DNA of 64,000 bases from Chiloscyllium plagiosum (taxonomy: Eukaryota): the NCBI RefSeq assembly GCF_004010195.1, contig NC_057719.1, positions 24,045,933-24,109,932 on the forward strand, written 5' to 3'. The position numbers were made by a program, and so were the translations under genes. Below are positions 1 to 13,104 of the stretch, piece after piece (position 1 is the first letter of the stretch; every line of letters starts with the position of its first letter). Under the pieces are notes generated by a model. That model made no database searches. It was not told the origin of the DNA and worked only from the letters and a program-made list of their open reading frames with translations.

Positions 1-130
1 ATTCCTGAAGAAGGGCTTATGCCCGAAACGTCGATTCTCCTGTTCCCTGGATGCTGCCTGACCTGCTGCGTTTTTCCAGCAACACATTTCCAGCTCTGAT
101 CTCCAGCATCTGCAGACCTCACTTTCTCCT
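1..130 (+). mobile_element. Penelope-related short repeat carrying a hammerhead motif (cut by window edge)
   Basis: Near-identical to the right halves of the copies at 21107-21280 and 41309-41493. Confidence 0.8.
5..32 (+). ncRNA. minimal type I hammerhead ribozyme motif, intact core
   Basis: CUGAAGA-A-GGGC(UUAU)GCCC-GAAA-CG-UC. Core boxes intact, 4-bp stem II, palindromic ACGU in place of stem III, GUC cleavage triplet. Confidence 0.75.
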
Positions 131-619
131 CTCATATATCAGTTTGGCTTAGAATTCAGAGTGAAGTCCATGGATTTCAGACTACACTCTAAACTTGAGC
201 AGATAGTTTAAATTGGTGCTTGAGTTTAGGAAAGGGCTGTCTTTCAAATAAGATGCTGAGAGGACACCTCAGTTTCCAATCTCTAAAAACTGAGAAGAAA
301 CTACATAACTATTCTTAAAAAAAAATTGCCTGGCACCCTGACCAACATCCTTCCCTCAATCTGTTCAACTTATTCACTGACGACCCTTCTATATGGTCAG
401 AGAAAACAGAACCACACAAATCTCTGCCTAGCAATAAAGTTCCAGGAGTGAGACTATCCTAGCTGAGGTCACCAAGGCTGGAAGTAAATACCTGGTGAAG
501 AAGCTCATTGAACTGTTTCAGTTTAAAGGAGAGCAAGGAACCATATAGCACGAATAAAGATGTCTATACCTGTACAAGCAAAAATGAACTTGTCAAATAT
601 GTAAAGGAAGATATTCAAC

Positions 620-900
620 CTCAGACAACTCTCTGGGCAATGGCCAAGTTCTCTAAGGACATAGTTCACAATTTCCTGTTTGCTGATGATCATGCAGGAC
701 ATGCAATGTCACATGAATTTGTTCCCCAGTGCATATATCAATTTCAATCTTCTTATAGCACCAAAAATACAGAAGTAACATACAGGCCTAATTCAGAAAA
801 TCCTTAATTAAATCATTGCAAGGTCATTGATCTATGCAACATTTCATCAATGAAGAGCCACATGCAAGAATTGTCAAAACAAAAATCCAGCCTTATTGAC
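620..900 (+). mobile_element. degenerate RTE-clade LINE reverse transcriptase fragment
   Basis: ORF 508..807 contains FLFADD...STKNTEVTYRP, like the RTE motif LLFADD...ISTKKTEVMYQP. Confidence 0.6.
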
Positions 901-2001
901 AGACTTCAAATATCTGAGAGTCTGCCTAATGAACTAGAATTTCCTAGCAATGGTTTCCAACCTTTTCAATATCTTGCACACTTGAGTAAGACACCAATTT
1001 CTTTGGCACACCCACTTTTCCAGCTGAATTGACTCCTCATACACATCACTTTTACTGTGGTTGCAGGCTCATGAGACAGGTTTGCAATAAAGCACAAACA
1101 ACAAACTATATAAGGGTCAAATGCATTAATCTTTCAAATTTATTTAACATTGATTTTCATTATCTTTGTACAAAATTTTGTGGCATACTTGGACAGTTCT
1201 CACATCACACCAGTGTGCTGCAGCAGTCCACTACTGAGGGCTGAGGACTATGGTACACTCTCATGGCAGTCAAAGGAAGTGGTTCAAGATATTTGAAAAG
1301 GCTCTGCTTAAGAGTTTTAATTTCAACTGAGAGTTGTGGGAGAAGCTCACACATCTGATGAAAAAAAGTGCAACCTGAGCCTCCTTTGAAAGAAGTGCAG
1401 GGAATGAGAAAAAGCAAGGGGAGAAAATATCGAGTAGCAACTTGTTCAAAATCTAATTGTCTGCAGAGTCCTATCCTATTCGCAGCAGTACCTTCCAGCT
1501 GCAGCTTGGCCACTGCCATCACCTACATACCCACTGGGATTCTACTGAACACCCCAAATGGTAAAGATGGCTATTTTCACCTCAAAAGGACAAACAAGAC
1601 AATGAAAATAAATTACCTGATCATTTACCTCACTTACTATTCATGTCATTTTATTTGCACAAATTAATAGTTTCATTTGCTTACCAAACAATAGCAAGAT
1701 ATACATCACAAACGCAAGATTTTTGTACATTAACAATTATATATCTGCTTGCACAATGTTCAATCTTTCTGATAATCATGGTTTTCCTCCAGGACAATGA
1801 CACATTTATACTTATTATTAAAATCTGATTAATCATTTCTTCTATTTGATTTTTTTATACACAAAATATAGTGTCAGACAACATGGGAGGCAGTCATTTG
1901 GTCCTTCAAGCTCATGCTGGAAATGCATTCTTCAATCGTCTTTTTGAAGTGTACACAAATGATTGTGATGCTGCAAAAAAAAACGCGAATTATCTACTTA
2001 C

Positions 2002-2069
2002 CAAATGACAGTAGAGCATTTTTTGTAGTTGTAGCAATTTGAGAATTTGATGCTGCTGAAGTAAGTTTC
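2002..2069 (-). CDS. PPP4R4: PPP4R4 coding exon, 68 nt, phase 2-1 (last found in window)
   Basis: (M)KLTSAASNSQIATTTKNALLSF plus 1 nt, resembling human ...GKTSVLSL. AAG acceptor, GTAAGT donor, phase matches the previous exon. Confidence 0.72.
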
Positions 2070-2453
2070 CTTGAATACAAACATTGCAAACATGTGTGAT
2101 TAGGAATGTGAGATGCTCTATTTACATTTCAATTAAAATAATTTGACTTATAATATACATAAGAAGCGAGGATTTATGCAAATGATGAATCTCACTGCTC
2201 ACCATCCATTAATCTTACCCATTTCTGTGAGCTTTTAATTTAAATGTTAAAGCACTACAAGTGGCATATTGTGTTGTGCCCTTTAAAGCAGCAAGAAACT
2301 GAAAAGGGCAAGCCCCTCAATTAACCAGAATGAACAGTTCAGGAACAACAGAGAATCTGAACTAATAAGTATCAGTTAAACTAGTGAATTCAGTATTAGG
2401 TCAGATAATAAAAGAAGAGAAAAAAAATGGGAAGAAAGATTGGATGAGAAGAC

Positions 2454-5400
2454 TGTTGGACAGTGTTACGGGGTGGGGGTGGGGGGGGGGGGGACCTGCC
2501 AGGGGAAAGCCTCAGCAACCAGGTCTCTGTGGCTGAGAAGGGAAGGGGGGAGAATAGGAGAGCGATGGTGATAGGTGATTCAATTATGAGAGGAACAGGC
2601 AAGAGATTCTGTGGTCACGAATGAAAACCCTGGATGGTATACTGCCTCCTGGTTGCCAGGATTAGGGATGTCTTGGATCGAGTCTACAGGATTCTTAAGG
2701 GGATGGTGAGCAGCCAGAAGTCGTAGTATCCATTGGTACAAATGACAGTGCTACGAAAAGGGATGAGGACCTGAAAAGGGAATATAGGGAGTTAGGTTGA
2801 AAGCTAAAGGCAGGACGAGCAGAATAGTAATCTCAGGATTGCTACTGGTGCCAAGGGCTAGTGAGGCTAGGAACAGAGAGAGAGTGCAGATGAACATGTG
2901 GCTGCAGGGCTGGTGTAGGAGGGAGGGCTTCAGATATCTTTGGAATACCTTCTGGGGAAGGTGGGACCTGCACAAGAAGGATGGGTTGCACCTGAACTGA
3001 AGGAGTAATAATATCCTGGGTGGGAGGTTTGCATGAGCTCTTCGGGAGAGTTCAAACTAGTTTGGCGGGGACGGCGGGTGGGGGAGGGTGTGGGGGTTGG
3101 GAACCGGAGCTGCAGATCTGAGGATGGAGTAGCTAGTGTATAGCCAAATACAGCGTGCAGAGAGTCCGTGAGGAGGGACAGACTGTTGGCAAATTTTCAA
3201 TCAGTGTGATGGGGTGAAATGTGTCTATTTTAACTCAAGTAACAACAAGAATAAGGGTGATAAACATAGAGCATGGATCAGTACTTTGAACTATGATGTT
3301 GTGGCCGCTTGAGGGAGTGGCATTGCTAATTAAGGATAGTATCATAGTTACAGAAAGGGAGGTCATCGAGAAGGGTTTGTCTACAAAGTGAGTATGGGTT
3401 CAAGTCACAAACAGGAAGGAGCAGTTACTTTACTGGGCGTTTTCTACAGTCACCCCAATAGCAGCAGAGACAGGGAGGAGTAGATTGGGAGACAGGTTTT
3501 GGAAAGGTGCAGAAACAACAGGGATGTTGTCATGGGTAATTTTAACTTCCCTAATAATGATTGGAACCTCCTTAGTTCCAATAGTTTGGATGGAGCAGTT
3601 TTTGTCAGGTGTGTCCAGGAAGGATTCTTGACTCAATATGTAGATCGGTTGATGAAAGGGGAGGCCACACTGGATTTTGTAGTTGGCAACGAACCAAGCT
3701 AGGTGTCAGATCTCTCAGTAGGAGTGTATTTCAGTAATAGTGATCACAACTTCCTGACCTTTACTATAGTCATGGAGAGGGATAGCAGCAGATGGTATGG
3801 GAAAGTATTTAATTGGGGGAGGGGGGGAAACTACAATGCTATTAGACAGGAACTGGGGTGCCTAAACTGGAAACAGACATTCTCAGGAAAATGCACAACA
3901 GAAATGTGGAGGTTGTTTAGGGAGCACTTGCTGATAGTGCTGGATAGCTTTGTCACACTTAGGCAAGGAAAGGATGGTAAGGCGAAGGAACCTTAGGTGA
4001 CAAGGGATGTGGAACAGTTAGTCAAGAGGAAGAAGAAAGCTTACTTACAGCTGAGGAGGCAAGGATCAGACAGGGCTCTAAAGGATTACTGGGTGGCCAG
4101 GAAGGAACTGAAGAATGGACTTAGGAGAGCTAGAAGGGAGCAAGAAAAAGCTTCAGCGGGTAGAATTAAGAAAACCCTAAGGCACTTATGTGAGGAGCAA
4201 GAGGATGGCCAGAGTGAGGGTAGGAACAATCAGGGATAGTGGAGGAAACTTATGCCTGGAGTTGGAGGAGGTAGGGGAGGTCCTTACTAAATACTTTGCT
4301 TCAGTATTCACTACTGAGCGGGACCTTGAAGTTTCTGAGGACAGCGTGATATGCTCAAACAGATTAATGTTAAGAAGAGGATGTGCTGAAAATTTTGAAA
4401 AACATAAGGATAGATAAGTCCCCTGGGCCATACGGGATATACCCTAGGTTACTACAGGAGGTGAGGGAAAAGATTGCTACGCCTTAGGCGATGATCTTTA
4501 CGTCCTCACTGTGCACTGGAGTAGTGCCAGATGATCAGAGAGTGACAAAAGTTACTCCCCTGTTCAAGAAAGGGAATAGGGATAATCCTGGGAATTACAG
4601 ACCAGTCAGTCTTACATCTATGGTGGGCAAATTATTGGAGGGGATTCTGAAAGACAGGATTTATGATTACTGGGAAAACCACAGTTTGATTCGAGATAGT
4701 CAGCATGCCTTTGTGAGGGGCAGGTCATGTCTCATAAGCCTTATTGAATTCTTTGAGAATGTGACAAAATACATTGATGAAGGTAGAGTAGTGGATATGG
4801 TATACGTGGATTTTAGCAAGGCATTTGATAAGGTTCCCCATGGTAGGCTCATTCAGAAAGTAAGAAGGCATGGGATACAGGGAAATTCTGGATACAGAAT
4901 TGGCTAGCTCAGAGAAGACAGAGGGTGGTGGGAGATGGACATATTCAGCTTGGAGCTCAATGACCAGTGGTGTTCCGCAGGGATCTGTTCTGGGTCCTCT
5001 GCTCTTTGTGATTTTTATTAGTGACTTGGATGAGGAAGCGGAAAGGTTGGTTAGTAAGTTTGCTGATGACACAAGCATTGGTGAGTGGTGGATAGTGTGG
5101 AGGGCTGTTGTAGGTTGTAATGGGACATTAACAGGATGCAGAACTGGGCTGATATCTGGCAGATGGAGTTCATTCTGGAAAAGTGTGAAGTGATTCATTT
5201 TAGAAGGTCAAATTTGAATGCACAATACAGGGTTAAAGGCAGGATTCTTGGCAGTGTGGAGGAACAGAGGGATCTTGGGGTCCATGTCCATAGATCCCTC
5301 AAAGTTGCCACCCAAGTTGATAGGTTAAGAAGGTGTATGTGTGTTGTCTTTCATTAGCAGAGGGATTGAGTTTAAGAGCTGTGAGGTTATGCTGCAGCTC

Positions 5401-6558
5401 TACAATGCCCTGGTTAGATCATTCTTGGAATACTGTGTTCAGTTCTGGTAACCTCATTATGGGAATGTTGTGGAAGCTTTAAAGAAGATGCAGAGGAGAT
5501 TTATCAAGCTGCTGCCTGGACTGGAAGGCAGGTCTTATGAAGAAAGGTTGAGGGAGCTAGAGCTTTTCTCATTGGAGCGAAGAAGGATAGAGGTGACTTG
5601 ATAGAGGCTTACAAGATGATGAGGGGGATAGGTAGAATGAATAGTCAAAGACTTTTACCCAGGGCAGAAACAGCTATGACAAAGGGACATAATTTTAAGC
5701 TGATTGTTGTAGGTTGTAATGGGACATTAACAGGATGCAGAACTGGGCTGATAACTGGCAGATGGAGTTCATTCTGGAAAAGTGTGAAGTGATTCATTTT
5801 AGAAGGTCAAATTTGAATGCACAATACAGGGTTAAAGGCAGGATTCTTGGCAGTGTGGAGGAACAGAGGGATCTTGGGGTCCATGTCCATAGATCCCTCA
5901 AAGTTGCCACCCAAGTTGATAGGTTAAGAAGGTGTATGTGTGTTGTCTTTCATTAGCAGAGGGATTGAGTTTAAGAGCTGTGAGGTTATGCTGCAGCTCT
6001 ACAATGCCCTGGTTAGACCATTCTTGGAATACTGTGTTCAGTTCTGGTAACCTCATTATGGGAATGTTGTGGAAGCTTTAAAGAAGATGCAGAGGAGATT
6101 TATCAAGCTGCTGCCTGGACTGAAGGGCAGGTCTTATGAAGAAAGGTTGAGGGAGCTAGAGCTTTTCTCATTGGAGCGAAGAAGGATGAGAGGTGACTTG
6201 ATAGAGGCTTACAAGATGATGAGGGGGCTAGGTAGAATGAATAGTCAAAGACTTTTACCCAGGGCAGAAACAGCTATGACAAAGGGACATAATTTTAAGC
6301 TGATTGGAGGAAGGTTCAGAGCGGATGTCAGGGGTTGGTTCTTTACACAGAGTGGTGGGTGCATGGAATGCACTATCAGCACTGGTAGCAGAGTCAGATA
6401 GATTAGAGACATTTAAGTGATTCTTGGGTAGGCACATGGAATATAGTAAATTGAAGGTTATGTAGGTTAGTTTGATCTTAGAGTAGGATAAAAGGTTGAC
6501 ACAACATCAAGGGCCCAAGGACCTGTACTATGCTATATTGTTCTATGCTCTATGTTTT
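2454..6558 (+). mobile_element. near full-length degenerate CR1 (HER1-like) LINE with ORF1 esterase, APE endonuclease and RT
   Basis: Motifs GDSI..GTND..LHLN (SGNH), [42 protein letters not shown] and KFADDT. (TTCTATG)-like tail. AAGAC flanks at 2449-2453 and 6559-6563. Many stops and frameshifts. Confidence 0.93.
5106..6304 (+). repeat. direct tandem duplication, 2 x ~599 bp, inside the CR1
   Basis: 5106-5704 is repeated at 5705-6304 with only a few differences. ORFs 5136..5357 and 5735..5956 differ by one residue. Confidence 0.95.
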
Positions 6559-7785
6559 AAGACAGCTAAAAGAGGTTTAGAAAATGTTTAAACATGTCTT
6601 TTTTTTTTAAAAGATTTCCAGAAACAATTAAAAGCTGACGGAATGGATTCAATTCTTGGAGAATGTTCAATTTCAGTGTCAAAAAAATTGCTTGGCAATA
6701 GCAAAACTTATGCTCTTAGATTGAAATAGACAAGCAATAATTTTCTTTGAAAAATTCAGTCCATAATTACAACCCTGTTCAGTAAAATTAGAAGGGAAGT
6801 CAGATGAGGAGGTGAATTTTTGCACAGAAAAAGGCAGAATAGTACATCTTGTAAAGTAGGTCCAGATATTTTGCATTGAATTTTACATTTGCACATGCCT
6901 GAGGTTGCAATCTGATTTGCATATAAATGACAATGGAAGTTGTTAGCATCACTGTTATACTTAGATTAAAATCTGATCCATTATTTAAATGCTCAGCTTC
7001 ACAGACAGCCACTCGGGTGCCAGGACGGCAAGGTGTCCAGTAAGTAACATGCCGGATAAGTAGCGCAAAGTAGGAAAGAGATTGGTTAAGTGATGAAGGC
7101 AGTCAAAATGGGTGGGGATATTTGGCCTGCTGGGCAGTCAAGTGCCTGTGGTGGTGGTGGTACTTTTTTTTCCTTTGGGTGGGGGAGAGGGGGCCTTTGC
7201 AGGGTCAGAGTCTAGTGGTGACTATAAGGGTTTTCTAGGAATTCTGTAGGGTCTCAATGCACAACTCCCAGCTATACTGCAGAAGTGACTATCTGGCTTT
7301 TGGGAAACCTGGACGATAGTATGTACAATGTATGCACTAAAGTCAAATCAGTACCTAGTTGAAACTATCTATTAGTGATTGTAAATTACCTGGCCACAAG
7401 GTCACGAGTAATCTGCCTAACGTTGTGATGCTATCAGTAGAAATGATTAAGAGCCACAACGAAATGTATCATAGACACAACTGATTTTGTAGAGGACTAA
7501 GAACTCTCCAAAAATAAACCAGAAATTTTTATTGCTAAATTAACTCAAAATACAAAATTATTTATATTTACACAAAGAAATATTTCTGTGTTATATACCT
7601 GCTAAATACAATTTTTGCTTTGAGAACTAGGTGGTGCTATTGTTTAGATTAACAAGTCTGATTTCTCAAATCAAATCAAATTATTTGTGTTGATATAATT
7701 TTTGTGGATAGAAAGAAACATGAACAAGTGATGTTTACAACTTGCCCCTAGCTTTAAGGCATTTGCCTAATTTGACCTTACTTAC

Positions 7786-7891
7786 ATCGTGGATTTATCA
7801 GTGGTGATTTTTGGAGGAGCTACCCGACCACCAAGTGAACGACTACGACCTAACTTAGTCTTCCTCTTCCCATCTTTGTTAAAAGATGAAA
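7786..7891 (-). CDS. PPP4R4: PPP4R4 coding exon, 106 nt, phase 1-2
   Basis: SSFNKDGKRKTKLGRSRSLGGRVAPPKITTDKST, resembling human KEIKKSKLIRSQSF. Polypyrimidine tract plus CAG acceptor, GTAAGT donor. Confidence 0.85.
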
Positions 7892-8007
7892 CTGGCAAAG
7901 AAAAACAAATTATTTAATTTTGATCTTTAATGCAAGAGTGAAAAAGAACAAGTAACAGAAGAAATCAGTTGCATCAGTTTGAGAAAAAGTACACTGTAAT
8001 ACAGACC

Positions 8008-8312
8008 TCATTCCCCCTCCCCCCACCTTACCCCAGCTCCAACCTTCCAGCTCAGTACCATCCTCATGACCTGGTCCTACTTGTCAATCTTCCTTCCCAC
8101 CTATCCGCTCCACTCTCCTTTCTGACCTATCACCTACATCCCACTTACATCCACCTATTGTACTCTTGGCTACCTTCTCCCCAGCCCCATCCCACCTCCC
8201 ATTTATCTCTCCAACCCGGAGGGTCCCTGCCTCATTCCTGATAAAGGGCTTTTGCCCAAAATGTTGATTTTTCCTGCTGCCTGACCTGTTGTGCTTTTCC
8301 AGCACCACTCTA
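8008..8312 (+). mobile_element. Penelope-related 3' fragment (C-rich tract plus decayed hammerhead repeat)
   Basis: ctgataaagggcttttgcccaaaatgtt...gcctgacctgttgtgcttttccagca is a diverged relative of the repeat at 1-130. Confidence 0.65.
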
Positions 8313-9254
8313 ATCCCGACTGCAATCAGTCCGGCCAATTCAGCTCTTATCTGTTGTTTTGGTGAAGTAATGCCAGCAGATTAAACACAGTTCAAGAAAA
8401 CACCCGATAATGATGTTGCTGTGTTTTTGGCTTCAGCTAGTCTGTGGCTTCTGCCTTTACATATCACCCACAGAACCTCAAGCATCTCTGCTCTTCTACC
8501 ATTATGTAGTAACATAATGGCATGCCAATTAAAAAAGTAATTCCAGTTGCTGTCATTGTGAACATATGACAGGGAGAGACTCCTAAAAACTTTAATTGCA
8601 CTTCAAGGGACAGTACTGCAATCAAATACAATGCTGGATTCAATAAGAAGAACTCAAAGAAAATTGCTATAAGATACCAGAAACTGCTGTTACAGAGATG
8701 TCAGTATAATACAAACTACACTGGACCAAATTGTAGATCCAAAATCCACACCAGTGCATTATTTGTGTAACTCAAGATAACTTGCATGAGTTGATTTTTC
8801 ACATGGGTGGAACTTTGCAAATGAGTATGAGGTTTTTGATGACAATATCTGAGAGAGGACACAAAATATCGAAGAAGCTTGTAAACATCATGTTTTAACA
8901 TACATTGGATATATTCAAATTCCCTCTGAGAAAACAGTGGAATTTCCATAATCATGCTAACAATTCTCTGCAAATTCTGAGCCATCTTAACAGTTAAGCT
9001 GATGCAAGTTAGAACTTGGTTAAGATAACTGATGGATATCATGATTGGGGACAATTACCAGCCTGTGTGGCTGCTTTGTTTATCTTATACATCCCAATAC
9101 CTTGTTAGCTTTCTTTTGTTTACCATTTTTTGTCTCCCCAGTTATCTCCACAGGATGGCATTAATACCATAAGGGGAATTTACCCATACTGTTTAGCAAC
9201 AGTAAAGCTCTCTCCACTAATACAAAATACATTGCTTTACTGGAGTTATGTTTT

Positions 9255-9720
9255 TTTCATATTCATTCTGGGATGTGAACCTTAAAGACAAACCTGCCAC
9301 CTGTTGTCTGTCTATGTGCCCTTGAAAAGACTGTAGTGATTTAACTTTATGAACCACTGTAGTCTGTGAGATATAGTTACACCAACAATGCTGTTAAGAA
9401 GTTCAGGATTTTGACCCAGCAATAGTGAAGGAATAGTAATATAGTTGCAAGTCAGGATGTGTGTTACTTGGAAGGGAACTGACAGTGATGATATTCCCAC
9501 TTGCCTGCTGCCCTTGTTCTCCTAGATAACAGAGGTCATATGTTTCAAAAGTGATATTTGAGGAAACCTGATGGTTGCTGCAGTGCATCTTAAAGATGGC
9601 TCATACTGCTGCCATTGTGCACTGGTGGTTGCAGAGGGAGAGAATAGTTAAGGTGGTGTATGGGGTGCTGCCTAAGTGAAGGACAGTGATGGGCGTCTTA
9701 AATGTTTTTGGAATTGCAGG
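9255..9720 (-). mobile_element. 3' end of a second CR1/L2-group LINE family
   Basis: Similar in reverse to 43200-43660 and to 61080-61400. Confidence 0.55.
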
Positions 9721-9848
9721 GATGAATGATCTGGCTTTGAAGAGTTAGGTGGTGAGTCAGTATATAAACTTGACAGAATATAATACTTCTTTCATAATAG
9801 TGCTGCTTTCAGCAAAATAATGTTTATAAATTTTGAGCAAAAACTCAC

Positions 9849-9900
9849 GCAATTTCTTTTCATTCATTAACTTGCTTTCTCCTCGTTTTTCCATGTCTTC
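9849..9900 (-). CDS. PPP4R4: PPP4R4 coding exon, 52 nt, phase 0-1
   Basis: EDMEKRGESKLMNEKKL plus 1 nt. CAG acceptor, GTGAGT donor. Weak similarity to human EQLEKEKQQNDGRPMSDKMFEKK; phase fits. Confidence 0.8.
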
Positions 9901-11529
9901 CTGTTAAATGAAATATTAGCATGCATCTTTTAAAATTCTTAAGAGTATAAAAATAATATGAAGAAAAGGTTTACACATAAAAATATAAAATATGTCATGA
10001 CAAAGACATTCAAGTTATTCCTATCATATGTTCTTTGCCATCTTAAAATAATGCTTGCAGTATTAATCCCTCACATCAAAAGTGATTAAGCAAAACTCTA
10101 AGCAATCTCTTTCTACTACTTAACCTTGGAAAGCTGTTCTCGAAAGACAAAGCAGATGTTTGTGGAGCTTTACAACTCTGTAACAGGAACAGCTTTTCTC
10201 ATTTACCATTAGCTCTTACTTCTGTTGTTCCAGATCTGCTCAGTAATTTATTGGTCCAAACCGTACAATGAAAATAATGATAAAAGCAATCAGCTCTCAA
10301 CAGTTAGGGTGCAGGAAATCTAACAGCAACCTCTGGTCTCCATATGCACAACTATACATGCAAATCCAGATACCACTTTAAATGGCACCACCCACCACAA
10401 AGTATGTCATTGCTGCTCTTGACCATAGATGCAGCATTCAATAAATAAATACAATGGTGTGAACCTATTAGATCCGTCCACTAGTTCCCTACTAAAAAAT
10501 ACCTAAAGTTAGAGCTTGTGTATTCAGGAATGATTTTTGAACAGTGTGATAAGTGTGCAGTTTTGGTGAACTAACCAAAGGAAGGAACATACATGCACAA
10601 TGGTAAGTACAACATAAGTTCAATAATGTAACTCACAGGGTGAGGGAATTGTCCGATGAAGACAGATTAAATAAATTAGGCTTATATTTCATTTTGGGGA
10701 TTTATGAAAAAAGAGGGGTGAATTAATGTTCCTGAAGAACTTTATAGATACTAAGAAAAAGTTTGCTTTGGCTGGAGAATCCAGCACAGTGTCACAGCAT
10801 CAGAATAACATGTCAGTCATTAAGTGTGACGATGAGCAGAAATGTCTTCAGTTAAAGAACTCTGAACATTTGGAATTTCTGGTGCTCACTGAAAACAGCC
10901 AAGACAAAAGTTAACACATGTTATGGGTATTAAGAGAATTAAGGAAGACAAAGATAGTGAGAGGAAGTGGAAATAAGTTAGAAAATAGTTCATTTCACCT
11001 CCAATTTCCTATATTCTTATATATAATTATGGTTGAATAATAGCTTTGGCTAAGAAATTTGAATTTTAAACATAAAAGCCTTTTCTCTCAAAGAAAACTA
11101 CTGTCTATTTTAGCCTTTTCTGTTTTTTTCTCCCTTAATCCCATCCATACTTCCCAATCTTTATTTCACCTTCTTGAATTAAGTTCCTGGTTTGAACTTC
11201 CTGACTTAGACTTCTTGCATCACAATAAATATTCTTCAATCTGATTAGTTGAAGAGCTTTCTCATTTCTTTTGCTGTGTATAGGTGACCAAGCTCATTGA
11301 GTACGGTGGCTTGAAAAGTTGCTGGATTAGAGAAAGTCTCCATTTACAGGCTCAAACAGATTGTAGGCAGCTATCAGTCAGGGGCATGGCAGGCACAATC
11401 CTTTCACCAGTGAGAGCAAACACCAGGACTATATTAATACTATGAGTTTTTACCCATTTTAAACATGTAATTGTGGCACATTATCAAATATGTGGGGAAA
11501 TAAATAGCACAATTTTGAAAAAAGTGTCC

Positions 11530-13104
11530 ATTTAACAGACAAGATGATGTTAGGTGTCTTAAAAAGCATGAAAGTGGATAAATCCCCAGGAACTGATCAG
11601 GTGTACCCTAGAACTCTGTGGTAAGCTAGGGAAGTGATTGCTGGGCCCCTTGCTGACATATTTGTACCATCAATAGCCACAGATGAGGTGCCAGAAGAGT
11701 CGCAATTGGCTAATGCGGTGTCACTATTTAAGAAAGGTGGTAAGGAAAAGCCAGGGAACTATGTAGACTGATGAGCCCAACATCAGTGGTGAGAACGTCG
11801 TTGGAGGGAATCCTAAAGGACAGGATTTACGTGTATTTGGAAAGGCAAGGACTGGTTAGGGATTGTCAACATGGCTTTGTGCGTGAGAAATCATGTCTCA
11901 CTAACCTGATTGAGATTTTTGAAGAAGTAACAAAGAGGATTGATGAGGGCAGAGCAATGGATGTGATCTATATGGACTTCAGTAAGGTGTTTGACAAGGT
12001 TCCTCGTGATAGACTGGTTGGCAAGGATAGATCACATGAAATACAGGGAGAATTAGCTTGAAGGTAAAAGACAGAAGATGGTGATGGAGTATTGCTTTTC
12101 GGATTGGAGGCCTGTGACCAGTGCTGTGCCAAAAGGATTGGTGCTGGGTCCACTTCTTTTTGTCATTTATATAAATGGTTTGGATATGAACATAGAAGGT
12201 ACATGACATCAAAATAGGAGGTGCAGCGAACAGCAAAGAAGGCTATCTCAGGTTACAATGGGATCGTGATCAGATGAGCCAATGGCCCGAGGTGTGGCAG
12301 ATGGAGTTTAACTTGGATAAATGTGAGGTGATAAATATTGGAAAGGCAAACCAGGTCAGGACGCATACACTTAATGTTTAGGTTCTGAGAGTGTTGCTGA
12401 ACAAAGAGACCTTGGAGTGTAGGTTCATAGTTCCTTGAAAGTGGAGTTACAGGTATATAGGACAGTGAAGAAGGCATCTGGTATGCTTTCCTTTAGTGGT
12501 CAGTGCATCAAGTATAGGAATTGGGAGGTCATGTTGCGACTGTATAGGACATTGGTTAGGTTGTTATTGGAAAACTGCATATAATTCTGGTCACCCTGCA
12601 TTAGGAAGGATGTTGTGAAACTTGAAAGGGTTCAGAAAAGATTTACAAGGATGTTGCCAGGGTTAGAGGGTTTGAAATACCTGGAGAGTATGAATAGGCT
12701 GGGCCTATTTTCCCTCAAGTGTCACAGGCTGAGAGGTGACCTTCGAGATTTATAAAATCCTGAGGGACAGGGCTATGTGAATACCCAAGGTCTTTCTCCA
12801 GAGGGGTGGAGGAGTCCAAAACTAGACAGCATAGATTTAAAGTGAGAGGCAAAGATTTAAAAGGGACCTAAGGGGCAACCTTTTCACACAGAGACTGGTG
12901 TGTGCATGGAATGAGCTGCCAGAGGAAATGGTGGAGGCTGGTACAATGGCACCAGTTAAAAGACAACTGGATGGGTGTATGAATAGCATGTGTTTAAACT
13001 GGCCAAATGCTGGCAAATGGCACTAGATTTATTTAGGATAGCTGGTTGGCATGGACAAGTTGGACCAGAGGGACTATTTCCACGCTGTATGTCTCTATGA
13101 CTCT
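11530..13104 (+). mobile_element. 5'-truncated CR1 LINE
   Basis: RT motifs QHGFVREKSCLTNLIE and MDFSKVFDKVP. 3' tail ctgtatgtctctatgactct. Confidence 0.92.

Noticed and set aside
1205..1522. ORF as a PPP4R4 terminal exon
   Set aside because: No recognisable similarity, and its frame from the 1522 acceptor does not match phase 1.
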